In this document: positions 9,055-17,311 of the stretch, in pieces
Position numbering within the stretch: position 1 is the first letter of the stretch
Layout: every line of letters starts with the position of its first letter
Assembly (NCBI GenBank): GCA_965649215.1
Contig: CBFGJZ010000001.1
Coordinates: 129,549 to 163,782, forward strand
DNA length: 34,234 bases
Direction of reading: 5' to 3'
Source: a candidate division WOR-3 bacterium
GTDB taxonomy: Bacteria; Hydrothermota; Tepidihabitantia; Tepidihabitantales; CAIPLT01
Notes under the pieces: model-generated
The model's database searches: none
The model's input: only the letters and a program-made list of their open reading frames with translations
Told to the model about the DNA's origin: nothing
Program-made: the position numbers and the translations under genes

Positions 9055-10014
9055 TTAGGACATACTTTCAGACCATTTACCACAGCGGTCACCATAACGA
9101 TCAATTAAGTTTTGGGCTCGATAGGTCTCAATGATTTCACAGTTATTAGGGCAGTCAGGACATTGAAATGCTTTAGTTGTAAAATTAAGCTCGACAATTT
9201 CAAAGCCGGCAAAATTAGTTGTTTTTTTCATTTGGTGTTGTTCTTGAGCTATAAGGGCAGCACCAATTGCACCCATTGTGAGAAAGTGTTCAGGTACAAT
9301 CACCAGTTGATTTAAGGCTCGTTCAAAGGCAGTTTTAACTCCAATATTTGCTGCAACTCCACCCTGAAAGAGAATTAACGGTTCAATTTTTTTACCTTTG
9401 GCAACAGTATTAAGATAATTACGGACAATGGCATCACAGAGCCCTTGAATAATATCTTCAACCGCAATACCTAATTGGGCTTTATGGACCATATCACTTT
9501 CGGCAAAGACAGTGCAGCGACCGGCAATCGTAATTTTATTTTTTGCTTTTAAAGCATAACTGCCAAATTCTTGAATCGGAATACCCAATCGAATTGCTTG
9601 ATGTTCTAAAAAGGAACCGGTACCCGCTGCACAGACATTATTCATGGCAAAATCAATAGGAATGCGGTCTTGGAGGACAATGATTTTTGAATCTTGACCA
9701 CCAATTTCAATGATTGTACGGGTCTCAGGATAATAATAAGACGACGCTAATGCATGGGCAATGATTTCATTTTTTATGACATCAGCACCAATCATGACAC
9801 CAGCTAAGCGACGGGCTGAACCAGTCGTGCCTACTCCAACAACTTTGATATGTTTAACTTGAGCTTGTAAAGATTTTAATAAGTTCTTAATGGCAAGTAA
9901 GGGATTGCCTTGGGTCGCTAAATAGGTTTGCGCTACTACTTGACGGTCGCGAGTAATTAAAACACCTTTGGTTGAAATAGAACCAACATCAACACCTAAA
10001 TAAACTTCGGTCAT
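9055..10014 (-). CDS. ATP-dependent [4Fe-4S] activase (HgdC/BadF-BadG/BcrA-D family) with extra C-terminal Cys motif
   Basis: GVDVGSISTK, GTTGSAR, IEIGGQDSK, MNNVCAAGTGSFL, RCTVFAESD, QGGVAAN, GAIGAAL; C-terminal CPDCPNNC...GDRC. Confidence 0.93.
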   Translation of the reverse strand: MTEVYLGVDVGSISTKGVLITRDRQVVAQTYLATQGNPLLAIKNLLKSLQAQVKHIKVVGVGTTGSARRLAGVMIGADVIKNEIIAHALASSYYYPETRTIIEIGGQDSKIIVLQDRIPIDFAMNNVCAAGTGSFLEHQAIRLGIPIQEFGSYALKAKNKITIAGRCTVFAESDMVHKAQLGIAVEDIIQGLCDAIVRNYLNTVAKGKKIEPLILFQGGVAANIGVKTAFERALNQLVIVPEHFLTMGAIGAALIAQEQHQMKKTTNFAGFEIVELNFTTKAFQCPDCPNNCEIIETYRAQNLIDRYGDRCGKWSESMS

Positions 10015-11081
10015 AATTGTTTAATTTTAGTAGATTTTTTACGTCTTTTAAGTAAATCAACAAAAGCTTCTAAGCGAGTTAATAAACCAACATGTGAGGT
10101 ATGTTCGTCAATTGATAAAGAGAGGATTGGTTTTTGTAAGTCCGCACTTATTTTCTGGAGCGCTTCAAAGGCAATATTTTCAGGCATACAAGTAAAGGGA
10201 TAGATGTGAATAATACCATCACAATCATTTTTTAGAAAATAATGAGCTTCGCCTACCGTGGTCATAGCTTCTCCACCGGGTGAATTTAAGAGATAGGGGT
10301 GGGCCTGCCGTTCGAATTTATAATGTAAATAGTCAATTTTGAGGAGATGTTTTAGGTGACGATATAAACTTCTCTGACTTAATACTAACACCTGCATTTT
10401 GCCTAATTCTTTTTCAAGATTATGATTGGCAAAATGTTCAAGCATAATATAAATTTCCCCGACCAACCCAATCTTAATAGTATCATTAGGTATACTTTGA
10501 GAATCTTTAAATAACTCGTCAATTAATTTTTTAGTCTTTTTAATTTGCTTTAGAGTCTGGATTTGATTTAACCAAATCAATGCTTGTGCTTCTTGGTCGA
10601 GTGATTTTTGATAATTGTTGACCCGAGCTTTTCTTAAAAAATTGCGAAAACGGTCGATTAAAGCAGCATGCTGAAATAACAGGTAAGTAGCGCTAATGAC
10701 TTTGGCAGAAGAGACTGAAAAGATTTGTGGTATTTTAGAGAAAATGAATTCTATTGGTGTATATTGACTGATTGCATAAAATCGATGATGATTGGTAATT
10801 GTTTTAAGAATACTTTCTTGGAGATAATGATAATAGCCAAATCGGCACTTTCGCGCACCGGCGGCCATAAAAAGGGTATCGGCACCGCTTTCTAACGCTT
10901 CAATTAAATTGCCTAAAGTAATTTTAAAGGGTAAACAGATAAGTTCAGGTGCATATTTTGTGCCTAATGCTAAAGTTCGATCGGTTAATGGCGGGGGTAA
11001 GACAACTTCAGCACCGAGATTTTTAACAAAGGTTTTTAAGGCAATCGTATCATACCCAAGATAAGGAAAAGCAACTTTCAT
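10011..11081 (-). CDS. 2-hydroxyacyl-CoA dehydratase-like Fe-S reductase subunit (PlsR-like)
   Basis: PELICLPFKITLGN, KCRFGYY, IGLVGEIY, PFTCMPE, IDEHTSHVGLLTRLEAF; ATGA overlap with the activase gene. Confidence 0.85.
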   Translation of the reverse strand: MKVAFPYLGYDTIALKTFVKNLGAEVVLPPPLTDRTLALGTKYAPELICLPFKITLGNLIEALESGADTLFMAAGARKCRFGYYHYLQESILKTITNHHRFYAISQYTPIEFIFSKIPQIFSVSSAKVISATYLLFQHAALIDRFRNFLRKARVNNYQKSLDQEAQALIWLNQIQTLKQIKKTKKLIDELFKDSQSIPNDTIKIGLVGEIYIMLEHFANHNLEKELGKMQVLVLSQRSLYRHLKHLLKIDYLHYKFERQAHPYLLNSPGGEAMTTVGEAHYFLKNDCDGIIHIYPFTCMPENIAFEALQKISADLQKPILSLSIDEHTSHVGLLTRLEAFVDLLKRRKKSTKIKQL

Positions 11082-11123
11082 AAGAGAAATGTTAGATTTT
11101 ACTAATCTTAAGGTTATGAATTT

Positions 11124-12005
11124 TTAATTTTGACATACCTGTCTGCGTTTGATAATTTCACTAAACGCTTCTAAACGCGTAATAAGCCCAGTTTTAGAAG
11201 TATGTTCGTCAAGAACGATTTGTAAAAATGGGATGTTCTGCTTTTGGGCTTGGGATTGCATAATTTCGGCAATGAGTGAGTCAGGTCCACAACCAAATGA
11301 GATGATATCGCAAATACCAGCGACTTTATCAAGTGAATATTGAAAAGCATTATATAATTCTCGCTCATAAACCCAACGAATATTTTTACTAAAACCACGA
11401 TCGGACTTAAGAATTTCTACAGGGAGATCTTCTTTGGTGATAATCATAAAACCTTGGTTTTCTAAAGTACGAATAATATCTTGGCTGATAAAATCGTCCG
11501 ATAAATTGTAAAAATGACTTAATAGTAAGATTTTGGGTTTCTGATTTAAGGTAGTTAAGGGGCGATGTTCTAAAAAGGGCAGGGCTTTGGTTATTGCTTT
11601 ATAAACTGAGTAAGGATTTTTTACAAGACGAATGCCAAAGAGATAATGGGCAAAAAGAAAATGATTACGAATTTGAGGTGCGAGGATTAGACACTCATTA
11701 CCAATTAGTAAACGAGCAATATCAACAATCCCAATCATTTTCGGACAGGTATATAGACCATGATTTAATTGAGTAATTCGCGGTAAGAATATTGCATCAA
11801 CCTTTCCTTTAAGCCAATCTAAATGTCCACAAATGATTTTAACAGGAAGACAGATTTCGCTGTTTACTTGTTTAAGTCCGATATCTAATATTTGTTGGTT
11901 GGTGGGCGGAGAGACCACGATAGGAATATTAAGGTTTAGAAAAAAATGCTCCCAAAACTTACCATAGCGGAAGTAAAACAGGGCTCGGGGAAGACCAATT
12001 TTCAT
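11124..12005 (-). CDS. DUF2229-type activase-associated Fe-S reductase/dehydratase subunit
   Basis: Likely start MKIGLPRALF at 12005, since the track's start at 12047 falls on the -35 box. EICLPVKIICGH, YTCPKMIG, SFGCGPDS, LDEHTSKTGLITRLEAF. Confidence 0.85.
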   Translation of the reverse strand: MKIGLPRALFYFRYGKFWEHFFLNLNIPIVVSPPTNQQILDIGLKQVNSEICLPVKIICGHLDWLKGKVDAIFLPRITQLNHGLYTCPKMIGIVDIARLLIGNECLILAPQIRNHFLFAHYLFGIRLVKNPYSVYKAITKALPFLEHRPLTTLNQKPKILLLSHFYNLSDDFISQDIIRTLENQGFMIITKEDLPVEILKSDRGFSKNIRWVYERELYNAFQYSLDKVAGICDIISFGCGPDSLIAEIMQSQAQKQNIPFLQIVLDEHTSKTGLITRLEAFSEIIKRRQVCQN

Positions 12006-12018
12006 AATTATCTTATTT

Positions 12019-12047
12019 AGTGTATGCGGATAAATATTAAAAGTCAA
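12019..12047 (-). promoter_or_regulatory. Sigma70-type promoter of the activase/reductase operon
   Basis: TTGACT (12047-12042), 17 nt, TACACT (12024-12019), 13 nt before ATG 12005; no SD motif. Confidence 0.6.
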
Positions 12048-12074
12048 TATTTATGACTTATTCTTATAAAAGTC

Positions 12075-12116
12075 TTGACATAACAATAGTCGCACATATA
12101 ATATTGTTGATATAAT
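12075..12116 (+). promoter_or_regulatory. Sigma70-type promoter(s) of the pilT-plsY-gpsA operon
   Basis: TTGACA (12075-80), 16 nt, TATAAT (12097-102); a second extended -10 TGaTATAAT at 12108-12116. Confidence 0.7.
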
Positions 12117-12150
12117 TTTGTGAAAGTATTAATGATATTATAAAATTTTT

Positions 12151-13278
12151 ATGATTACTACGAAAAGTGAAGAAGAACGGTATTTTGAATATTTATTAGA
12201 TGAATGTATTCGTAGGAATGCTTCCGACCTGCATTTGACAGTTGGCTTACCGCCAGTTTTACGTATTGATGGGGTATTACGACCACTTGAGAAATCAGCA
12301 ATTTTAAATCCTGAATTTACAGAAAAGATTAAAGACATTACGGTCGAGAGTGCGCCGCAAATTAAGCATCTCATTTCGGAGGACGGGGGTGCGGATTTTA
12401 GTTTGGATTATAAACGCATAGCACGATTTCGAGTTGCGATCTATCGGCAGAAAGGGTGTTATGGATTAGCATTACGACTGATTCCGAATAAAATTTTACC
12501 CTTTGAAGAGATTGGTTTTTTGCCCAATCAAATATCACGGATTAAAAATCTTTTAGACCGACCGCATGGTTTAATTTTAGTAACTGGTCCGACCGGCTCG
12601 GGCAAGACCACAACGCAAGCAACTTTTGTAGATTATATTTTAGAAAGTCCCCGTCATGTCTTGACCATTGAAGACCCGATTGAATTTGTACACAACCATA
12701 AAAACGGACTCATCACCCAACGGGAAGTAGGTGTTGATGTGCCATCTTTCCGAGAAGCGATTATGAAGGGATTGCGTTCTAATCCGAATGTAATTTTAGT
12801 CGCTGAGATTCGAGATGTCGCGACTGCGGAAGCAACGATCTGGGCTGCCGAATCAGGTCATTTAGTAATTGGTACTTTACATACAACCAATGCTGCAGAA
12901 ACAGTAACTCGTTTTATCGATGTCTTTCCACCTGAGATTCGAGATCAGATTCGGATTCAGTTTTCAATATCGCTTTTAGCAATTTTTGCTCAACGACTAT
13001 TACCTCGCGCAACTGGTCGAGGGCGAATCGGTATTTTTGAAATTATGATCGCAACCCCGGCAGTTAGAAATTTAATTCGCGAACGAAAAATTGAGCATTT
13101 ACCCTCAGCAATTCAATCCTCAGTTGCCGAAGGAAGTTGTACTTTCGACAGCGCTTTGGCAGAACAATATCGAGCGGGTAAGATTACTTTCGAAACTGCG
13201 TTAGCAAATGCTTTTGATGCTCGAGCGCTACGGGAAATGGTTGAATTCGGCATGAAAAGCCGTTTTCAAAAAACTTAA
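12151..13278 (+). CDS. pilT: PilT/PilU family type IV pilus retraction ATPase
   Basis: ASDLHL, Walker A GPTGSGKTTT, Asp box TIEDPIE, His box GHLVIGTLHT, AVRNLIRE (AIRNLIRE-type motif). Confidence 0.9.
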   Translation: MITTKSEEERYFEYLLDECIRRNASDLHLTVGLPPVLRIDGVLRPLEKSAILNPEFTEKIKDITVESAPQIKHLISEDGGADFSLDYKRIARFRVAIYRQKGCYGLALRLIPNKILPFEEIGFLPNQISRIKNLLDRPHGLILVTGPTGSGKTTTQATFVDYILESPRHVLTIEDPIEFVHNHKNGLITQREVGVDVPSFREAIMKGLRSNPNVILVAEIRDVATAEATIWAAESGHLVIGTLHTTNAAETVTRFIDVFPPEIRDQIRIQFSISLLAIFAQRLLPRATGRGRIGIFEIMIATPAVRNLIRERKIEHLPSAIQSSVAEGSCTFDSALAEQYRAGKITFETALANAFDARALREMVEFGMKSRFQKT

Positions 13279-13324
13279 TCAGAAATTTTATTGAAGGATA
13301 TTAAGGGAAGGGGGAAGAGGAAGG

Positions 13325-13966
13325 ATGTTTTTATTAGTGATATTCCCTTTTCAGAATAATTTTTTAATTAATTACTTCTTTTCATTATTTGTTGGTTTTA
13401 TTTTCGGTAGCATTCCGTTCGGTTATTTGATTGCCAAGTTAAAAGGCATTGATATCAGACAATATGGAAGTAAGAACATTGGTTTTAATAATGTCCGACG
13501 AGTAGTGGGTCTTAAATATGCCATACCAGTGCTAATTTTAGATATTGCCAAAGGGTTATTGCCAGTGGTTTTCGCAGCACAATTGGAAGCGATTCCAATA
13601 ATGGTTGGTTTAGGAGCCATTTTAGGACATAGTTTTACACCCTGGCTTAGTTTTAAAGGTGGCAAAGGAGTGGCGACCACAATTGGCGTGATTCTTGCCT
13701 TGATACCGTGGTCACTCTTGGTTGGGATAGTCGTTTTTATAATTGTCGCATTGCTTTTTGCGTATGTGTCATTAGCTTCAATGGCATTGGCAATTTCCTT
13801 ACCAATTAGTGTTGCTTTACTTTACCCCCAAGAGCAATTGATTTTAATAATTACAATTGCAATCGCCTTATTGATTATTTTACGACATCGCGATAATATT
13901 AAAAGAATAATCAATGGTACGGAACCGAAAATTGACCGAGCCAAATTTTTTCGTTTACCGAAATGA
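13325..13966 (+). CDS. plsY: Glycerol-3-phosphate acyltransferase PlsY
   Basis: GSIPFG, DIRQYGSKNIGFNNVRR, DIAKG, GHSFTPWLSFKGGKGVAT, RHRDNIKRI. Confidence 0.96.
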   Translation: MFLLVIFPFQNNFLINYFFSLFVGFIFGSIPFGYLIAKLKGIDIRQYGSKNIGFNNVRRVVGLKYAIPVLILDIAKGLLPVVFAAQLEAIPIMVGLGAILGHSFTPWLSFKGGKGVATTIGVILALIPWSLLVGIVVFIIVALLFAYVSLASMALAISLPISVALLYPQEQLILIITIAIALLIILRHRDNIKRIINGTEPKIDRAKFFRLPK

Positions 13967-14028
13967 GATTACTGAATATGCAAATTAGCGGGAATCAAGA
14001 TAGTTTAATGAAAAGATTAGTTGAATGA
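13963..14028 (+). CDS. Putative 21-aa micro-ORF bridging plsY and gpsA
   Basis: MRLLNMQISGNQDSLMKRLVE*. ATGA overlap with the plsY stop (13963-66) and with the gpsA start (14025-28). Confidence 0.35.
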   Translation: MRLLNMQISGNQDSLMKRLVE

Positions 14029-15035
14029 AAATAAGTTTTATTGGCGCTGGTCGCTGGGCAATTACTTTAGCTTTAGGATTATGGCAAAAGCATTATGATA
14101 TTTTAATGTTAGAATTGATAGAGGAACGGCTTCAATTTATAAATGAAAAACACATAATACCTGAATTACCGCCGAATATCACAATTTCTAAAGAGATAAC
14201 GATATGTAATGAAGTTGAACGAGTCTTAGATAACCCTGATATTATTTTCTTTGCGGTACCAGCTCAGGTCTTACGGACAGTATTAATCAATTTAGCGACC
14301 TATCATTTTAATACCAAAAAGCCAATTTTAGTAAGTGCGATGAAAGGACTGGAAAATAATACCTATAAAAGAATGTCAATGGTTCTAAAAGAATTTTATC
14401 CTGACCTAAAAATTGTTGTTTTAGCAGGACCCGGGATTCCTTATGATATGTTACTGGCAAAGCCAACTTCGTTGGTTGTAGCGGCGGAAGACAATGAGTC
14501 GGCTCAATTCATTCAAGAGATTTTAGCGAGTGATCAGTTACGCATTTATCGACAAAATGATGTAGCGGGTGTTGAGTTGGGTGGCGCTTTAAAAAATGTA
14601 TTAGCTATTGCCGGAGGTATTTGCGACGGTCTTAATTTAGGTGATAATGCCAAAGCAGCCATTATCACACGAGGACTTTCAGAAATGATTCGTTTTGGGA
14701 TTGCTTACAATGCTAATCCAATGACTTTTACCGGTTTATCAGGAATTGGCGACTTAATGGTTACCGCCTATTCTGCGCATTCCCGTAATCGCTTATTTGG
14801 TGAAAAGATTGGCCAAGGTTTTTCGGTTCAAGAGGCATTACAGTCTTTTAATGGCGTGGTTGAAGGATATACGACGACGATGGCGGTTCAGAAAATGAGT
14901 AATAAAATGCGACTGGAATTACCAATTATTGCAGAGATTACAGAAATTTTATATAATAATGCAAATTTAAAACAAAGTATAAAACGACTAATGCAAAGAC
15001 CACTTAAAAAAGAAACATTCCATGACCATGATTAA
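14025..15035 (+). CDS. gpsA: NAD(P)H-dependent glycerol-3-phosphate dehydrogenase
   Basis: Rossmann GAGRWA, AMKGLE, GVELGGALKNVLAIAGG, GLSGIGDL, SRN; adjacent to plsY. Confidence 0.95.
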   Translation: MKISFIGAGRWAITLALGLWQKHYDILMLELIEERLQFINEKHIIPELPPNITISKEITICNEVERVLDNPDIIFFAVPAQVLRTVLINLATYHFNTKKPILVSAMKGLENNTYKRMSMVLKEFYPDLKIVVLAGPGIPYDMLLAKPTSLVVAAEDNESAQFIQEILASDQLRIYRQNDVAGVELGGALKNVLAIAGGICDGLNLGDNAKAAIITRGLSEMIRFGIAYNANPMTFTGLSGIGDLMVTAYSAHSRNRLFGEKIGQGFSVQEALQSFNGVVEGYTTTMAVQKMSNKMRLELPIIAEITEILYNNANLKQSIKRLMQRPLKKETFHDHD

Positions 15036-15390
15036 TAAAAAATATTATACTTTAAAACAGGCAAGTCGACTTTTAGATATTCCAATACATACTTTGAAAT
15101 ATTGGCGTGAGGAATTTAAAATGAAGTTAAAAGAAAATTCATCAGGTCAGAAAATATTTACCCAAGAAGATCTTGACCAATTAATGATGATTAAACATCT
15201 TCGCTATAATGAAAAACTGACCTTAGCAGGCATTAAAAAGAAATTGGCTGAGCTTAAGAAAAATAATAAGGTTAATAAAGTAAACAAAATAAATATAAAT
15301 AAGAAAGATTTATTATTTCTTCAAAAAGAATTGATTGCGATAAGAAATTTATTGCAACAATCTCAATATGATGAGAAAATTGACAAATAA
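15022..15390 (+). CDS. Short MerR-family HTH regulator
   Basis: YYTLKQASRLLDIPIHTLKYW...FTQEDL...LTLAGIKKKL. Start is 15022 or 15028, overlapping the gpsA stop. Confidence 0.85.
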   Translation: MTMINKKYYTLKQASRLLDIPIHTLKYWREEFKMKLKENSSGQKIFTQEDLDQLMMIKHLRYNEKLTLAGIKKKLAELKKNNKVNKVNKININKKDLLFLQKELIAIRNLLQQSQYDEKIDK

Positions 15391-15427
15391 ATGAAATATA
15401 AAAACTCTAAATAAGAAGGAGGATACA

Positions 15428-16174
15428 ATGTATTTAATAATTGCTTTAATTATTTTTATATTAATTGTTTTTTCGTCGATGATCAAAGTGTTAAGAGAAT
15501 ACGAACGAGCAGTTGTTTTTCGATTGGGAAGATTAATCGGCGTGAAAGGACCGGGACTGATAATTCTAATACCGTTTATTGATCGGATGGTAAAAGTTAG
15601 TTTACGAGTTGTCACTTTAGATGTGCCACCCCAAGATGTTATTACCCGTGATAATATTTCCGTGAGCGTTAATGCCGTTGCGTATTTTCGTCCCATTGAC
15701 CCCGCGAAAGTCATAACCGAGGTCGAAAACTATCAATATGCAACATCACAGATTGCCCAAACCACACTGCGCAGCGTGTTAGGTGAATATGAACTCGATG
15801 ATTTATTAACAAAACGAGAGCTTATCAATCATCGGCTACAGAAAATCATTGATGAACAAACCGATCCGTGGGGCATTAAGGTGTCATTAGTTGAAATTAA
15901 ACATGTGGATATTCCCGAAACGATGCGCCGAGCAATCGCACGACAAGCAGAAGCTGAAAGAGAGCGAAGGGCAAAGATTATTCACGCTGATGGTGAATAT
16001 CAAGCTGCTGAAAAATTACAACAAGCCGCAACCGTGTTGGCACAAACGCCGATTTCAGTGCAATTGCGATTTTTACAAACTTTGACCGAGATTGCCACCG
16101 AAAAGAATTCCACGATTATCTTTCCGGTACCAATTGATTTATTATCGCCGTTTATGAATAAGAATAAAAATTAA
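15428..16174 (+). CDS. SPFH/band-7 (slipin/stomatin-like) membrane protein
   Basis: N-terminal [42 protein letters not shown]; strong SD AAGGAGG upstream. Confidence 0.95.
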   Translation: MYLIIALIIFILIVFSSMIKVLREYERAVVFRLGRLIGVKGPGLIILIPFIDRMVKVSLRVVTLDVPPQDVITRDNISVSVNAVAYFRPIDPAKVITEVENYQYATSQIAQTTLRSVLGEYELDDLLTKRELINHRLQKIIDEQTDPWGIKVSLVEIKHVDIPETMRRAIARQAEAERERRAKIIHADGEYQAAEKLQQAATVLAQTPISVQLRFLQTLTEIATEKNSTIIFPVPIDLLSPFMNKNKN

Positions 16175-16186
16175 ATAAATTATTTA

Positions 16187-17269
16187 TTAGTCAATTTGTC
16201 TTCGAATAATAGTCGGGATCTCTAAATTTTCTTTATTGGATTTAACTGATCGACCATTGACAAGCAGGGTATCTTCGGTCATAGCTAAAATATCGACAAA
16301 ATCCTTGGGTCGCGGTAACGATTCTTCGATACCGGTTGCAATGACGGTGACTCGAATCGTATCTTTGAGGGTTTTGTCATGACTGGCGCCAAAGCGAATA
16401 TCCGCATTCTTATTAGTGGCTTGATGGATGATAGTTGCTGCTTCATGTACTTCTTGGAGAGTCATTTTTTCATCACCCGAGATGTTTAAGAGGACTTTAG
16501 TTGCGGTTTCGATGTTTGTTTCTTCAATTAAAGGTGAAGAGATTGCTTGATGAGCAGCTTCTGTTGCTCGACCATCACCACTCGCAACACCACTTGATAT
16601 TAAAGCGCCACCTTTTTCTAACATAACATTACGAACATCCGCAAAGTCGATGTTAATCATACCGGGTTTTGTGATTAAGTCGGAAATTCCCTTTACCGCA
16701 TTAAGTAATACATCATCAGCTAAGCGAAATGCTTGAAAACAAGAGATATGGGGGTAGTTGGCGATCAATTTTTGGTTGGGTATGACAATGAGGGTGTCGA
16801 CTTTTTCTCGGAGTTGTTCAATGCCATTGAGAGCTTGTTGCATTCGATTTTTGCCTTCGAACTCAAATGGTTTCGTTACGACTGCAATTACAATCGCACC
16901 CTGAGTTTTAGCGACTTCTGCAATTAATGGAGTTGCGCCGGTGCCGGTTCCACCACCTTCACCTGCCGCTAAGAAAATCATATCATAACCAGTAAGGATT
17001 TGTTTTATCGTATCTAAAGTTTCTTCGCAAGCCTTACGACCTAAATCAGGATTGCCACCTGAACCCAATCCACCGGTGAGTTGCGCCCCAATTTGAATTC
17101 GATTTTCCGCTAAATTCATGGATAATGCTTGCAGGTCCGTATTAATCGCAAAGAATTCAACATTTGTGAGTTTAGCTTCAATCATATGATTAATTGCATT
17201 ATTGCCTGCACCGCCAATGCCAACAACGGCGATCTTTGCTAAATTTTTTTCTTCAACTGGTTCAATCAT
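16187..17269 (-). CDS. ftsZ: Cell division protein FtsZ
   Basis: VGIGGAGNNA, GGGTGTG signature, INIDFADV, C-terminal LEIPTIIRRQID; SD AAGGAG. Confidence 0.98.
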   Translation of the reverse strand: MIEPVEEKNLAKIAVVGIGGAGNNAINHMIEAKLTNVEFFAINTDLQALSMNLAENRIQIGAQLTGGLGSGGNPDLGRKACEETLDTIKQILTGYDMIFLAAGEGGGTGTGATPLIAEVAKTQGAIVIAVVTKPFEFEGKNRMQQALNGIEQLREKVDTLIVIPNQKLIANYPHISCFQAFRLADDVLLNAVKGISDLITKPGMINIDFADVRNVMLEKGGALISSGVASGDGRATEAAHQAISSPLIEETNIETATKVLLNISGDEKMTLQEVHEAATIIHQATNKNADIRFGASHDKTLKDTIRVTVIATGIEESLPRPKDFVDILAMTEDTLLVNGRSVKSNKENLEIPTIIRRQID

Positions 17270-17311
17270 TTTTTCTCCTTTATTGATATTTTTTTATAAA
17301 ATTTATTGACA

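Noticed and set aside
12006-12047. TTG start for the DUF2229 gene
   Set aside because: That TTG is the -35 box; the family-typical start is MKIGLPRAL at 12005.
13303-13349. Purine tract AAGGGAAGGGGGAAGAGGAAGG that could pair with TTCCCTT inside plsY
   Set aside because: Only a 7-bp complement; most simply an RBS region, with no evidence for a riboswitch or terminator.
16938-16964. FtsZ GEGGGTGTG instead of GMGGGTGTG
   Set aside because: The Glu variant is known in functional FtsZ proteins such as those of Actinobacteria.
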